DNA from: a bacterium
GTDB lineage: Bacteria; Electryoneota; Electryoneia; Electryoneales; Electryoneaceae
DNA: 64,000 nucleotides
Direction of reading: 5' to 3'
NCBI GenBank assembly: GCA_963669175.1
Contig: OY769902.1
Span: forward strand, 1,024,001-1,088,000
The notes under the pieces are model-generated. The model worked only from the letters and a program-made list of their open reading frames with translations. It made no database searches and had not been told where the DNA came from. Both the position numbers and the translations under genes were made by a program. Shown piece after piece: positions 18,201 through 28,096 of the stretch (position 1 is the first letter of the stretch; the number at the start of each line of letters is the position of its first letter).

Positions 18201-19157
18201 CCGGTGACTGATTTCGAAGGGGAAGCGCTGGTTACCGTATATGATAGTTACGATACCTTCACCTATACCTATTTTGACGATTCAGAATTAGACTACCGCA
18301 TGCCCGGCGGCATCATGTTCCGTGGCAATGTTGGGGTTTATGAAGGTGATTTTAATGCACGTTTTGTGGTTCCCAAAGATGTGAATTACGGATCGACGGA
18401 TGGCTGGGTGGTTCTGTACGGCACCGGCAACGAAAAGGATGCGATTGGTTCGAAAGAGGGAATACACATTTCCTCGACATTCCCTGAGCCGAGTGATATT
18501 ACGGACCATACACCGCCGGAAATTGCCATCTTTTTCAATCATCGTGGCTGGCAGGAAGGTGACCTGACCGATATTCAGCCGACATTGCTGATCGACCTGG
18601 TTGACAGCAGCGGGATCAACCTGACCGGTGAAATCGGGCATGATATCAAGGTTACGGTTGATCCGGGAACATCCTCAGAACAGGCAATCGTGTTGAACGA
18701 AGACTTTATCTATGAACGTGACAGTTACACCGCGGGCACAGCCGAGCGCTTGATCACGGGGCTTGAGCCGGGACCGCATGAACTGGAAGTGCGGGCTTGG
18801 GATAATGCCAACAACATGGCCCTGGAGAGGATACAGTTTGTTACGGCTGATTCGGATGGTGATCTGATCCTTCGCAATGTGTTTAATGTACCCAATCCAT
18901 TCAAGGATCAGACTCATTTTACCTTTGAAACAATACGGGCCGATGAAGTGACGATTCGAGTCTATACGCCAAGCGGTCGCCATATAAAGACCATTGGTCC
19001 TGTAAGTGTTCGGGATAACTTCAATTATATCGAATGGGATGGCCGTGACCATTACGGCGATGATATTGCTAATGGTGTGTATCTCTATACGGTCAAAGTC
19101 AGCAATTCATCCGGCCAAAGTGAAGAGGCTGTTGGTAAACTGCTGAGGATTCGTTAA
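15285..19157 (+). CDS. porU: PorU-like C25 (gingipain-family) peptidase / T9SS sortase with C-terminal FlgD-Ig/CTD
   Basis: Signal peptide; IYNEFSWG..DPTAIRDF; LLIGDGDYDY; His/Cys dyad motifs NYMGHG and AATCSWGYFD; SGINLTGEIGH; AWDNANN; VPNPF...WDGRD...NGVYLY. It lies directly before porV. Confidence 0.85.
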   Translation: MMKRHFAILFLVMTSLVLLAGPLSAKVTVLEDTPSYLELQVIPEGWMIIEAEDGIIPMPFGAGLDERAGGQATPYYRRLIGLPSGKLPQAQLTQVTWGELVDGVLPVGQEVEGNDRVPHLSPDRMIQFGAPYMWRNQWVTDIYIVPVSRQGKQLRKLESATIRIAYPEAQAGLVRKTDPMSSQFLVNPVAAQNWQHRKSGRSAFSFEDLWPSGEMFKIEISQEGIYSLTRADLESAGIDLSGFDPRTFRIFGNGGFMLPEDVSADRDEELIENAILVVGEDDGSWDEGDEILFFARGVNSWEPSTSLPGTYKHVQNLYTRNNVYWLNVPDDGSMGKRMDPLGEGLTRTFVAEWATSRVYMDNDAFVFYSDKTPESGKSWYAADLYAGGQYNSSFQLDSPIVDQEAQIKVGYKKVYVTGESDYDAVILVNGVAVDTVDTSVSNRTLTVPANVLRNGSNSFTFRMLSGRALFDYFELAYIRSLETSQTKLEFDALQDDGVAEIDIEGLTNPWIFNIEDFDNVSVTRTLPFKIETSYANPHRVLAISDGSFLSPSSIQSFYRGWGEYPDGLRQDGISADAIFIVHPDFAEAAAELESYVEERDDIQAVRVRTTDIYNEFSWGLFDPTAIRDFLEFAKDNWSGTGSSGPTVCLLIGDGDYDYRNVVSSNDKNWVPPYETGIQCRDDWFATFTLDGDAEYIMGRLPFQKVSEVENYTERLITYENDVNRGPWRSKVIMVADDEYIDVGPTTTDKQHMAYSEELANTHIPDYMQIEKIYIGPYPTEFDPTTGARTKPGASQDLIETINRGALLINYMGHGNAHVWAHENLLLDSRDVSNINSGLREPIYVAATCSWGYFDRPDNEACFEQLLAKSGGAIGVMAASRNTSGYGNNNMVKMFYQLFFDREEPRSLGECLYLAKIETSGATNKYYHCFADPLMMPAVPRLDLTVEEILPDSLISMQVADINGCVHALNGTVPVTDFEGEALVTVYDSYDTFTYTYFDDSELDYRMPGGIMFRGNVGVYEGDFNARFVVPKDVNYGSTDGWVVLYGTGNEKDAIGSKEGIHISSTFPEPSDITDHTPPEIAIFFNHRGWQEGDLTDIQPTLLIDLVDSSGINLTGEIGHDIKVTVDPGTSSEQAIVLNEDFIYERDSYTAGTAERLITGLEPGPHELEVRAWDNANNMALERIQFVTADSDGDLILRNVFNVPNPFKDQTHFTFETIRADEVTIRVYTPSGRHIKTIGPVSVRDNFNYIEWDGRDHYGDDIANGVYLYTVKVSNSSGQSEEAVGKLLRIR

Positions 19158-19380
19158 CTTGTAAGATTAGCGCTTTTCTGAATATTGTCCGGGAATAGCC
19201 GATATAGTCAGAAAAGCAGTATTTATTTTGAGTCTTTGGGATAGAGGTTAGTAGATTGACGTCGGTCAACTCGGACGGCATGTTTGGCTGATAACTTGAG
19301 TTCCAGATAGTTGTTGGAATATAGCTTCGAGGGTGTACGTACGGAGCGGCGCAAACAGAGTGGCAAGCAGGGATAAAAAG

Positions 19381-20454
19381 ATGATGCATTTGAGTGGTGA
19401 CCAGCGGATCGGCATCCGCATGATGACTTGGATAATTGCGGCTGGTATACTGGTCTTGCCGGTGGCAGTGGAAGCGGCCTCGGTGTCTCAGGCGGGTGTA
19501 TTGTTCCTGAAGATTAATCCAGGCGCTCGACCGGGTGGTATGGGTGAAGCTTTCACAGCGATTGCGGATGATGCAACTGCGACGTACTGGAATCCTGCAG
19601 GTCTCGCTTGGCAGGATCAAAACGAGTTGACCCTGATGCACGTGAACTGGTTGCCTCAGTTCAAGCTGTCCGACTTGTATTACGACTACATCAGCTATGT
19701 TCATCCGGTAGAAGAATGGGGCACCTTCGGTGGGAACATTGTGTTCCTGAACCTGGGTGAAACAGAACGCCGTGACGAAAACAACCAGTACCAGGGTACG
19801 TTCTCGTCTTATGAATTCGCCGCGACCGGCAGTTATGGTGCGACGATGACGGAAAACATGGCCCTTGGTGTCAACTGCCGTTTCATTTACAGTCACCTGT
19901 CAGACCGAGGCGCCGGAAACGAACTGGGTTCGGGTGTTGCGACATCTATCGGTGTTGACCTTGGCTGGTTGTGGCATACGCCGCTGGAAAAACTGGATGT
20001 GGGCGCCAATTTGTCCAACATGGGTCCGAAAGTGGCCTATATCGACCGCGCCCAGGCTGACCCGCTTCCGACAAACCTGTCGTTGGGTGTTGCCTATCAT
20101 ATCGTTGATTCACCTTACAACAAAGTGACGTTGGTAGGTGACCTGAACAAGGAATTGGTCCGCCGTTATGATGATGGCGATTCAGATCCTTTCTATATCG
20201 CCATGTTCTCGGCCTGGTCGGATGGTCCTTTCTGGACGACCATGATTTACAATGTGGGCGCTGAGTACTGGTATACCGACCTGATCGCTTTGCGCGTCGG
20301 GTACTGGAACGATGAACTCGGGAAAGTAAAACCCCTAACCTTTGGAGCCAGCCTGCAATATTCGCTCTACCGTTTTGACTTCTCGTACGTCTCGGCCGGT
20401 GAAGGTCATCCGCTGACGGATACCATGCGGTTCAGTCTGTCAATCGGATTCTAA
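19381..20454 (+). CDS. porV: PorV/PorQ-family outer-membrane beta-barrel (T9SS CTD shuttle)
   Basis: FLKINPGARPGGMGEA, YWNPAGL, LSNMGPKV, PLPTNL, HPLTDTMRFSLSIGF with terminal Phe. The start is uncertain (19381-19423). Confidence 0.85.
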   Translation: MMHLSGDQRIGIRMMTWIIAAGILVLPVAVEAASVSQAGVLFLKINPGARPGGMGEAFTAIADDATATYWNPAGLAWQDQNELTLMHVNWLPQFKLSDLYYDYISYVHPVEEWGTFGGNIVFLNLGETERRDENNQYQGTFSSYEFAATGSYGATMTENMALGVNCRFIYSHLSDRGAGNELGSGVATSIGVDLGWLWHTPLEKLDVGANLSNMGPKVAYIDRAQADPLPTNLSLGVAYHIVDSPYNKVTLVGDLNKELVRRYDDGDSDPFYIAMFSAWSDGPFWTTMIYNVGAEYWYTDLIALRVGYWNDELGKVKPLTFGASLQYSLYRFDFSYVSAGEGHPLTDTMRFSLSIGF

Positions 20455-20481
20455 GAGACAAATTGCTGAGGCTAGCAGGCC

Positions 20482-23400
20482 GTGAAATCGATTAAAAAAC
20501 ATTTGCAGGGCATCTTGCTGGTGACCCTGGGGGTTGCCTTGTACCTGTCCGGAACAGTTCAGGCAGCGCAACCAGGCGCACCATTACGCTTTACTCCCAC
20601 GTCAACCCTGGGAGAACAAAGCCGTCATCTCGCAGGAAGCGAACTGGATGATATCCGTCATCCCGGATTGCCGAACACGTTACGTGTGCTGGCCATTCGA
20701 GTGGATTTTCAGTCTGACACGCTGTCAACGACGACTGGCGACGGTTCCTTCTTCTACGAGCTGCCGGATACGGTGGATGCCGAAGACTGGCTGATCGATC
20801 CACCACCGCACGACAAAGCGTATTTTGAAGATCAGTTCCTCGGACTGAAGAATTATTACGAACGCTTCAGCCATGGGGAATTGACCATTGTCGGTGATAT
20901 CTATCCCGCGGCAAATCAAGCGGCCTACCGGATGCCGTATCCTATCTGGCACATCAACTACGGTGACACTACCGAAGCCGGATTTGAACGTCTGAACCAG
21001 ACATTGACTCAACTCTTCATCGATTCCTGGCAGGCCGCAGACAGCGATCTGGTAGCTGCGGGAGTCGATTACAGTCAGTACGACTATTTTGTGATATTCC
21101 ATGCCGGTGCAGGCAACGAGTTTGACACGGGCTACGATACCACGCCGCATGATATCCCTTCAGTCTACATCGGCCCCCAGGACTTGCTGGAATACTCAGA
21201 CTATCCCAATGGGGTAGAGCTTGGTAACAGCTTCATACTGGACCGTGGTGTTATCCTGCCCGAAATGCAGCGTCAGGGCGATGTAGAAGTCGGTCTCCTT
21301 GGCACAATTTGCGCACAGGTCGGTTTCCTGATGGGAATGCCGCACCTGTACCAGGCTGAAACAGGTGACCCTGGCATCGGGCTGTTCGGGCTGATGGATC
21401 GAGGTTTTGGTGGCTTTTTCGGCATTATTCCCTCCCCGCCCAGCGCGTGGATGCGCTATTATATGGGCTGGGAAGACGCGGTTGAAATTACAGATGGACC
21501 GATCCGGCTTGGCGTTCTCCAACTTCCGGATTCCGTATTCCACGACAGCTTGCATCGACTGGTAAAAGTTCCACTTAACGACAACGAATACTATCTGCTT
21601 GAAGCGCGCCGACGTGATCCGCAGGAAGAAGGCCAGGTGTGGTATGACAGCACCTACGCGCTCGATGCTCCGGATGCGAATGGAAACCAGGACACGCTGG
21701 TTCTTCGCTACGATTACAGCTTTGATCTGCTGCATGAAGGAACGGATTTTGGAGTGCCTGTCTGGATTGAGGACCAGGACTTTGACCTTCCCGCCAGTGG
21801 TATCCTGATCTGGCATATTGATGAGCGCCTGATTCGTGCCGGGCTGGCAGATGATCGTATACAGACCAGCAAAGAACAGCGCGGGGTTAAACTGATCGAA
21901 GCGGATGGCAGTTGGGATATCGGTGAAGAGTACGCTTTCCTGACGGCAGGTGACGGTAGCGAATACGGCGTCATTGATGATGCTTTCTTTGCGGACAACG
22001 AAATCTGGCCTGAAGCAAACCCGGGCATGGGACACGATATTTTCTTTGGCAGTGAAACCGCCCCGGCAACAGTAACAAGCGATGGGCTACAAACTCATAT
22101 TCTTTTCGACAACTTCTCCAACATCGCCGATACCATGCGTTGCCGTGTAGGTAACGAGTGGAAGCAGGGCGATTTCCCGACATTTTTACCGTTCCCATAT
22201 CCAAACAATTATCCTGTGCGAGCTGTGCCATGCGATGTGGATGGTGATGGTATAAACGAGATCTTCTTCGGATACGGTGAAGGTGAAGCGTATGTATTTG
22301 ACGGAGAAGGCACTCAACTATATCATGCCCAGCTTTCAGATCCGGAATTTGTGCATGCCTGGCCGGTAGCGGACTTGAATGGTGATGGCAGGGATGAAGT
22401 TGTAGCGGTTGGGATAGACTATGTGACAATCCTGACCTTCGAAAGCGATGGAACAGTCAGCCTGTCAGGGCGAGCACTTGCTAATATGCCTGACAGTCCG
22501 GCAACAGACCTGGTCCGGAATGCGATGATTGTCGGTCCCGAGTCTGATCCGCACCTTGTATTCCGCTGTATGGATGAAGGCGGTGTTCTCGGGTTGATCT
22601 CATTGTCTCTGCTGAATACCACGGCCGATCCAGCAACATTCTGGCTGACTGATATTGAAAATGCGAACTATGCTTCAACCTTTGCTGTTCAGGTTGGCAG
22701 CGCCTCTTCGGATACGGTTGCCTATGTAACTAGTGACGGCACTTTGTACGTGCTGACGGCAGATCAACTGCATCTTGTATCCGATGTTGACGGCTTCGCT
22801 ACGCATGCTGAAGTAATTGGGTCAGTTGTCAGCGCTGATTTTGACGGAGATGGTGTCGCAGACATCGCGGCAACAATCGGTACACAGATGGTGTACTGGT
22901 TTGGGTCGGAACAGTACAGTTACGCCAATGTGTATGATCTTGGCGGTTTTTATCTTGGGATGATACCGCTGGATATCGACCATGATGGTCTGGTTGAATT
23001 TACAGGCTTATCACTAACAAGCAGAAAGATCGAGGGATTTGAACCCACAGGCATTCTTTCTGAAGGGGCCGGACTGCAAATCAGCAACAAGCAGAGCATA
23101 TTGAGCCGGGCCGATTTCTACTGGATGGATGGATCGTCGCGAGGTGACAACGAGCTGTTGACATCATTTTCGACGCAGGATTTGTCCAGTACCCTGTGGA
23201 AAGAAACTATTGATGCGTTCACGATGAATAACAGCAGAGAACGGCTTGGATTTCCTCTACAATCTGTGTATGGACCACAAGTATATGGCGGGACAAAACT
23301 GATCCTGACACAACTCGACCAAGATGATAATCCGGAGTTGGTTCTGTATGGTGAGGCGTCCAACCGGATTCAGGTTTTCAACCTCCCGATCTCATCCGGA

Positions 23401-23763
23401 CAACCTCCTATCATTCACTGGGGCATGGAGGGCGGCAATGCCCAGGGCACCTATTCATTGCGAACAACACCGGCCGGAGGCTCATCAAGGACTGGCCTGG
23501 ATGCTTCCGCCTACTGCTGGCCGAACCCGGTTCTGAATGGCGATGATGCCCATTTCCGTTTCAGGGCAAAATCTGGTGGCACCGCTTCGGTTCGTGTTTT
23601 TGATATGGTTGGCCGTGAAATGATGTACAAAGAACAGGGCATTGAAGCCGGTTTGGACGAAGAAATCGTTCTTTCGACCCGTGATCTTGCTTCGGGTGTC
23701 TACGCTGCACGGTTGGAGGCTGGCGGGGAATACAAAATTATTCGGTTTGCGGTGGTGAAATGA
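20482..23763 (+). CDS. M6 (immune inhibitor A)-like protein with degenerate zinc motif, FG-GAP/VCBS repeats and T9SS CTD
   Basis: VLAIRVDF, FHAGAG, GLMDRG, PSAW..MGW, EYYLLE, GILIWHIDE; repeats DVDGDG, DLNGDG, DFDGDG; C-terminus WPNPV...FDMVGR...LASGVY. Confidence 0.75.
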   Translation: MKSIKKHLQGILLVTLGVALYLSGTVQAAQPGAPLRFTPTSTLGEQSRHLAGSELDDIRHPGLPNTLRVLAIRVDFQSDTLSTTTGDGSFFYELPDTVDAEDWLIDPPPHDKAYFEDQFLGLKNYYERFSHGELTIVGDIYPAANQAAYRMPYPIWHINYGDTTEAGFERLNQTLTQLFIDSWQAADSDLVAAGVDYSQYDYFVIFHAGAGNEFDTGYDTTPHDIPSVYIGPQDLLEYSDYPNGVELGNSFILDRGVILPEMQRQGDVEVGLLGTICAQVGFLMGMPHLYQAETGDPGIGLFGLMDRGFGGFFGIIPSPPSAWMRYYMGWEDAVEITDGPIRLGVLQLPDSVFHDSLHRLVKVPLNDNEYYLLEARRRDPQEEGQVWYDSTYALDAPDANGNQDTLVLRYDYSFDLLHEGTDFGVPVWIEDQDFDLPASGILIWHIDERLIRAGLADDRIQTSKEQRGVKLIEADGSWDIGEEYAFLTAGDGSEYGVIDDAFFADNEIWPEANPGMGHDIFFGSETAPATVTSDGLQTHILFDNFSNIADTMRCRVGNEWKQGDFPTFLPFPYPNNYPVRAVPCDVDGDGINEIFFGYGEGEAYVFDGEGTQLYHAQLSDPEFVHAWPVADLNGDGRDEVVAVGIDYVTILTFESDGTVSLSGRALANMPDSPATDLVRNAMIVGPESDPHLVFRCMDEGGVLGLISLSLLNTTADPATFWLTDIENANYASTFAVQVGSASSDTVAYVTSDGTLYVLTADQLHLVSDVDGFATHAEVIGSVVSADFDGDGVADIAATIGTQMVYWFGSEQYSYANVYDLGGFYLGMIPLDIDHDGLVEFTGLSLTSRKIEGFEPTGILSEGAGLQISNKQSILSRADFYWMDGSSRGDNELLTSFSTQDLSSTLWKETIDAFTMNNSRERLGFPLQSVYGPQVYGGTKLILTQLDQDDNPELVLYGEASNRIQVFNLPISSGQPPIIHWGMEGGNAQGTYSLRTTPAGGSSRTGLDASAYCWPNPVLNGDDAHFRFRAKSGGTASVRVFDMVGREMMYKEQGIEAGLDEEIVLSTRDLASGVYAARLEAGGEYKIIRFAVVK

Positions 23764-24989
23764 CCGAGGAGGAGAAACAACAAGAGGACGAAAAAAAACG
23801 AACGGGTATTACCCCTTATCTGATCAATTTTTCTGTTTTGCTGGTTTCTCTTTTGTTCATGGTTCTTTTCACAGAGGTGATATTCAGGCTGTTTTTCCCG
23901 CAGCCAGTCGTCAGGTCACGTGAGGGGATGTATGTTCCCTGTAGTATTCTGGGACACAAACATGCATCAGATTATAATGAAGAGTTGTTGTCTGCGGAGG
24001 ATGGTCGTCCCATCATTTTCAAGACTGATGACCGGGGAGATCGAATCAACCCTGACCCTGCGGTAGAAACGCCATTGGATGAGTCTAAGATTCAGTTACT
24101 GTTTATAGGCGACTCTTTCCTTGAAGCCGTCAGTTGCGAGGATGAGTTCATTGTAGATGCGTGTCTGGGGCAAATGCTGGAAGAAGCGTTACCTGCGGAC
24201 GAGAAGGTGTACACAGAAAACACGGGTGTCGCAGAGTATAGTCCCAAACATTACTATCTTGTAGCGAAACAACGCTTATCAGAACAGAAATATTCTGCAG
24301 CCGTAGTAATGTTCTTTATCGGAAATGATTTTATTGGCAAGTTTGATAAAAACAAGAACGAATCATATGTCCCGGAGATTAAACATAAGTTTAAACTCCC
24401 TTTGACACTTAAAAAGGATGTGTGGATTAAACATGTATTGTACCCTATGAATGACTGTTTGGAGCAAAGATCACATCTTTTTGTATTCTTTAAAAACAGG
24501 CTACAAATATTATTTGCAAGGATGGGTTTGACAGCCTATTATATTCCGGAAATATTTTTTGTTGATCATGACAAAGATAAATTAATAAACAGTACAGCAG
24601 AAGCCATCATTGAAATAAACGATTTATTTAAGCAATATGATACGCCTGTAATTTTCGTTGTTATACCCAAAAATTTTCAAATATATGCGGATGATTGGGA
24701 AAAATATACACAGATGTTTGACATTCCTGATGGAGCAACCGATCTCGACTTGCCGAATCGGTTGATTCGAGACAGGTTGGCCGATCAGGATATTGTCTGG
24801 CTGGACCCAATGGATTTATTCAGAGAGCTTGCTGAAACGGACACAGAACTATTGTATGGAAAGGTAGATAGTCATCTTTCACCAGAAGGTCACAGAGTAT
24901 TGGCTGAATTTCTTTATCCTGAGATGGTGAAAGTGTTGGAATTGGAACCCAAACAGAAGATAGATGCTGGGGATAAACGTACTAACTAA
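23760..24989 (+). CDS. Membrane-anchored SGNH/GDSL hydrolase or AlgX-like O-acetyltransferase
   Basis: N-terminal TM helix; motifs FIGDSF, NTGV, GND, DSHLS. ATGA overlap with the upstream gene. Confidence 0.7.
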   Translation: MTEEEKQQEDEKKRTGITPYLINFSVLLVSLLFMVLFTEVIFRLFFPQPVVRSREGMYVPCSILGHKHASDYNEELLSAEDGRPIIFKTDDRGDRINPDPAVETPLDESKIQLLFIGDSFLEAVSCEDEFIVDACLGQMLEEALPADEKVYTENTGVAEYSPKHYYLVAKQRLSEQKYSAAVVMFFIGNDFIGKFDKNKNESYVPEIKHKFKLPLTLKKDVWIKHVLYPMNDCLEQRSHLFVFFKNRLQILFARMGLTAYYIPEIFFVDHDKDKLINSTAEAIIEINDLFKQYDTPVIFVVIPKNFQIYADDWEKYTQMFDIPDGATDLDLPNRLIRDRLADQDIVWLDPMDLFRELAETDTELLYGKVDSHLSPEGHRVLAEFLYPEMVKVLELEPKQKIDAGDKRTN

Positions 24990-25003
24990 GTTGTGGAAGA
25001 ATC

Positions 25004-28000
25004 TTGCAGCTACATACGTCGAAAAAGAAACTTGCCTACCTCGTTGTCAGTAGCATCCTGCTGATGGCGACATGCGGTTTCGCGCAACCATATGACGCCA
25101 ACCATCCTGAGCTGGTATGGCATACGTTTGAAACGGAGCATTTCGTTTTCACGTATCATGACGGCGCGGAACGAACGGCCAATACGATTGCAAAGATTGC
25201 CGAAGAAATCTACGGACCGATCACGACCCTCTATGAATATGAACCGGACACAAAGATTCAGTATGTAGTAAAGGATACCGACGATTACGCCAACGGCGGC
25301 GCTTATTATTACAACAACAAGATTGTTATCTGGGCGACTGCATTGGACTATGACCTGCGCGGCAGCGTGAACTGGTTGCGGAATGTGGTTACCCACGAAT
25401 TCACTCACATGATTCAGCTCGGCGCGTCACGCAAGTTGCCACGCGCCATACCGGCGGTGTATGTACAGGTGCTGGGCTACGAAGAAGAGAAACGTCCGGA
25501 TGTGCTCTATGGCTATCCTAACGTGCTCGCTTCTTATCCCTTTGCCATGACAACGATTCCCATGTGGTTTGCCGAGGGAACTGCGCAGTCCAATCTGGCT
25601 CAATTCGATTATGACTACTGGGACAGCCACCGTGACATGCAACTGCGCGTACGCACTCTGAACGATTCCCTGCTTTCCATGAATGATATGGAGGTCTTCG
25701 GCAAGAACAGCCTGGGCAACGAGTCAACCTACAATCACGGTTACGGATTGGTACTGTATATCCGAAATACCTATGGTGAAGAGGCTTTGCGTCACCTGAG
25801 CGAGGAAATGACCAAGCTGAATCACCTGACATTCGACTCTGCTATCAAGGCTGCGCTGGGGATCAGCAGCGATCAGTTGTACGAGGACTGGACTTCAGCG
25901 ATGCGGGAAGACTATGGATCCCGCACGGCTATCATTCGGGACAACATCGTAGAAGGTGAACTTTTCGCCCGCGAAGGCTATGGCAACCTGTTCCCCGTAT
26001 GGAGCAAGCCGGATGGTGAAAAGATTTATTATTCTTCCAATGAAGGCAACGACTACCTGGGGCAACGCTCGTTGCTGGTGAAAGATGTCGAAGAGGGAGA
26101 GTCGGAAGTTGTCATTCCGTATGTAGGCACTCCCTTTGATATGACTTCCGATGGCCGCTGGCTGGTCTATTCTCAGTTAAAGCTTCAGTCTAACGAGAGC
26201 AACTATGCCGATGTTTTCCTGTTTGATGTTCAGGAAAAGAAAAATATCAGGCTCACCAGGGCCGCACGTGCGATAGAGCCGTCCTTCCTTCCTGACGAGA
26301 GCGCAGTTGTATTTGTCCTGAACGCGGATGGCACCAAGGACTTGGCACGCATAGACCTTCCTCCCCGTGAGGAATGGAGCGACATTGAACCGATGGTCGC
26401 GGACAGTATCCATCGGTTGACAGATTCACGAGATGGCTCTCAGGTGTGGCGACCATCTGCATCACCGGATGGTGAATGGGTGGTGTATTCATGGAATCGT
26501 GGTATCGGCCGTGATATTCGCCTGATTCGTCCTGACGGCAGCGAGATGCGTACACTGCTTGGCGGTCCGGGTGGACAACGTGATCCGGTATGGAGCGTGG
26601 ACGGCAAATGGCTGTACTATTCATCCGATATCACCGGCATTTTCAACCTGTATCGTTATAACCTGGAAACGGAACAGTCGGAACCCATCACCAATGTCTT
26701 GGGCGGGGCGTTCATGCCCAATGTGAACAAGGACGGTGATATTGTTTATGTGGAATACACGGAATACGGTTTCGAACTTCGTATCCTGGATGATCCGCAG
26801 CCGGTCGATCCGGAAGTAATGGTGTATAATTCGGATTTCCTGGAGAATCTGCCCAGGGTTGACTATGATGACACCAATATCGGGTTCGCTGCGACAAAAA
26901 TGTATAAACCAGTTTTTGAATCCATGTTCCTGGTGCCACGCATCGGTTTTGATTATGGCAAGTTCAAACCGGGTATCTATGCCTTCAGCAATGACGTCCT
27001 GGAACGGCTTTCCATGATGGGTGGTTTCGCCATGAATACAGATGGGGAATTTGACGCGTTCGGGTTGTTTGATTTCCGTGCGTTGCGTCCAACCCTGTTC
27101 CTTGAAGGTTATTACATGAAGAGGGTCTATTCGGATGAGTTTGAAGATCCCTATGTTATCAAGGGATCAAAAATCGTTGACGGTGAACTGGTTCCGATTT
27201 ATGATCAGTATGGCGTTGATTATACTTTCCACCTGATGGAGGTGGATGGCGGCGCGAAGCTGAAACTTTCGGAACCGGTCGACCTTGAGCTTCGCGCGGT
27301 ATGGAGCCGGTACCAGGCTTTCCTTAACTATGAAGATCTAACCAGCCTGCATTATACCTATTTCATAGGACGCTATCTGCAAACCCGTATGGATTTCAAT
27401 TACACGGAACCGATGGTTCGTGGCAATGTGCATCCTCACAAGGGTATTGTCGGACAATTGACCGCAGCATATGAAGATAACGATTTCATCGAAGGCTTCG
27501 AGATCAATCAGGATAAATATACCCTGCAGGAAGTGTTTACTCCGTATCGTTATCTCCGTTTTGAAGGGGATATCACAGGGTGGTGGAATCCCTTCGGGGA
27601 AGTAGTGGTGCAACCGCGTTTGCGTGGCGGTTACCTTGATCACGAGGTTGATCCTTTCATGTATTTGTACGCCGGTGGCTTGCACGGCATGAAGGGGTAC
27701 AGCTACTATTCTCTTGGCGGGAATCGGAAGATTATCGGCAGTTTGGCTTTGCGTCATCCCCTAATTACAGCGCCTCGCCCCCGCTTGGGCTGGTTCCATT
27801 TCGATGGCTTGTATGGCGGTGTATTTTATGAAGCGGGCGATGCCTGGGTGAATAGGGATTTCTCGTTTGACCGTCTTGCCCGGACTGTGGGCATGGAGTT
27901 ACGTACAAAACTGTATTCGTGGTATGGCTATCCGACAGCGGTGACTTTCAGCGCTGCGAGAGGCCTCGACCACATAACACATACAGAAAACAATACCACG

Positions 28001-28096
28001 ACGTTTTACGATCCCGGCTGGCGGTACTATCTTACGGTACTGTTCGAGTTCGAGACCATTTTTCCCGGCCGGGGTTCGGCCTCAAGGAGGTTCTAA
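25004..28096 (+). CDS. Zn-peptidase (HExxH) + TolB/PD40 beta-propeller + BamA/Omp85-like beta-barrel protein
   Basis: Signal peptide; WHTFETEHF; HEFTH; WFAEG; PD40-like repeats (PVWSKPDG, PSASPDG, PVWSVDG); C-terminal barrel-like region with GGLHGMKGY and GMELR. Confidence 0.7.
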   Translation: MQLHTSKKKLAYLVVSSILLMATCGFAQPYDANHPELVWHTFETEHFVFTYHDGAERTANTIAKIAEEIYGPITTLYEYEPDTKIQYVVKDTDDYANGGAYYYNNKIVIWATALDYDLRGSVNWLRNVVTHEFTHMIQLGASRKLPRAIPAVYVQVLGYEEEKRPDVLYGYPNVLASYPFAMTTIPMWFAEGTAQSNLAQFDYDYWDSHRDMQLRVRTLNDSLLSMNDMEVFGKNSLGNESTYNHGYGLVLYIRNTYGEEALRHLSEEMTKLNHLTFDSAIKAALGISSDQLYEDWTSAMREDYGSRTAIIRDNIVEGELFAREGYGNLFPVWSKPDGEKIYYSSNEGNDYLGQRSLLVKDVEEGESEVVIPYVGTPFDMTSDGRWLVYSQLKLQSNESNYADVFLFDVQEKKNIRLTRAARAIEPSFLPDESAVVFVLNADGTKDLARIDLPPREEWSDIEPMVADSIHRLTDSRDGSQVWRPSASPDGEWVVYSWNRGIGRDIRLIRPDGSEMRTLLGGPGGQRDPVWSVDGKWLYYSSDITGIFNLYRYNLETEQSEPITNVLGGAFMPNVNKDGDIVYVEYTEYGFELRILDDPQPVDPEVMVYNSDFLENLPRVDYDDTNIGFAATKMYKPVFESMFLVPRIGFDYGKFKPGIYAFSNDVLERLSMMGGFAMNTDGEFDAFGLFDFRALRPTLFLEGYYMKRVYSDEFEDPYVIKGSKIVDGELVPIYDQYGVDYTFHLMEVDGGAKLKLSEPVDLELRAVWSRYQAFLNYEDLTSLHYTYFIGRYLQTRMDFNYTEPMVRGNVHPHKGIVGQLTAAYEDNDFIEGFEINQDKYTLQEVFTPYRYLRFEGDITGWWNPFGEVVVQPRLRGGYLDHEVDPFMYLYAGGLHGMKGYSYYSLGGNRKIIGSLALRHPLITAPRPRLGWFHFDGLYGGVFYEAGDAWVNRDFSFDRLARTVGMELRTKLYSWYGYPTAVTFSAARGLDHITHTENNTTTFYDPGWRYYLTVLFEFETIFPGRGSASRRF

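Noticed and set aside
27919-28095. N-terminal extension of the 408-aa ORF
   Set aside because: It overlaps the upstream gene; the RBS and signal peptide point to the ATG at 28096.
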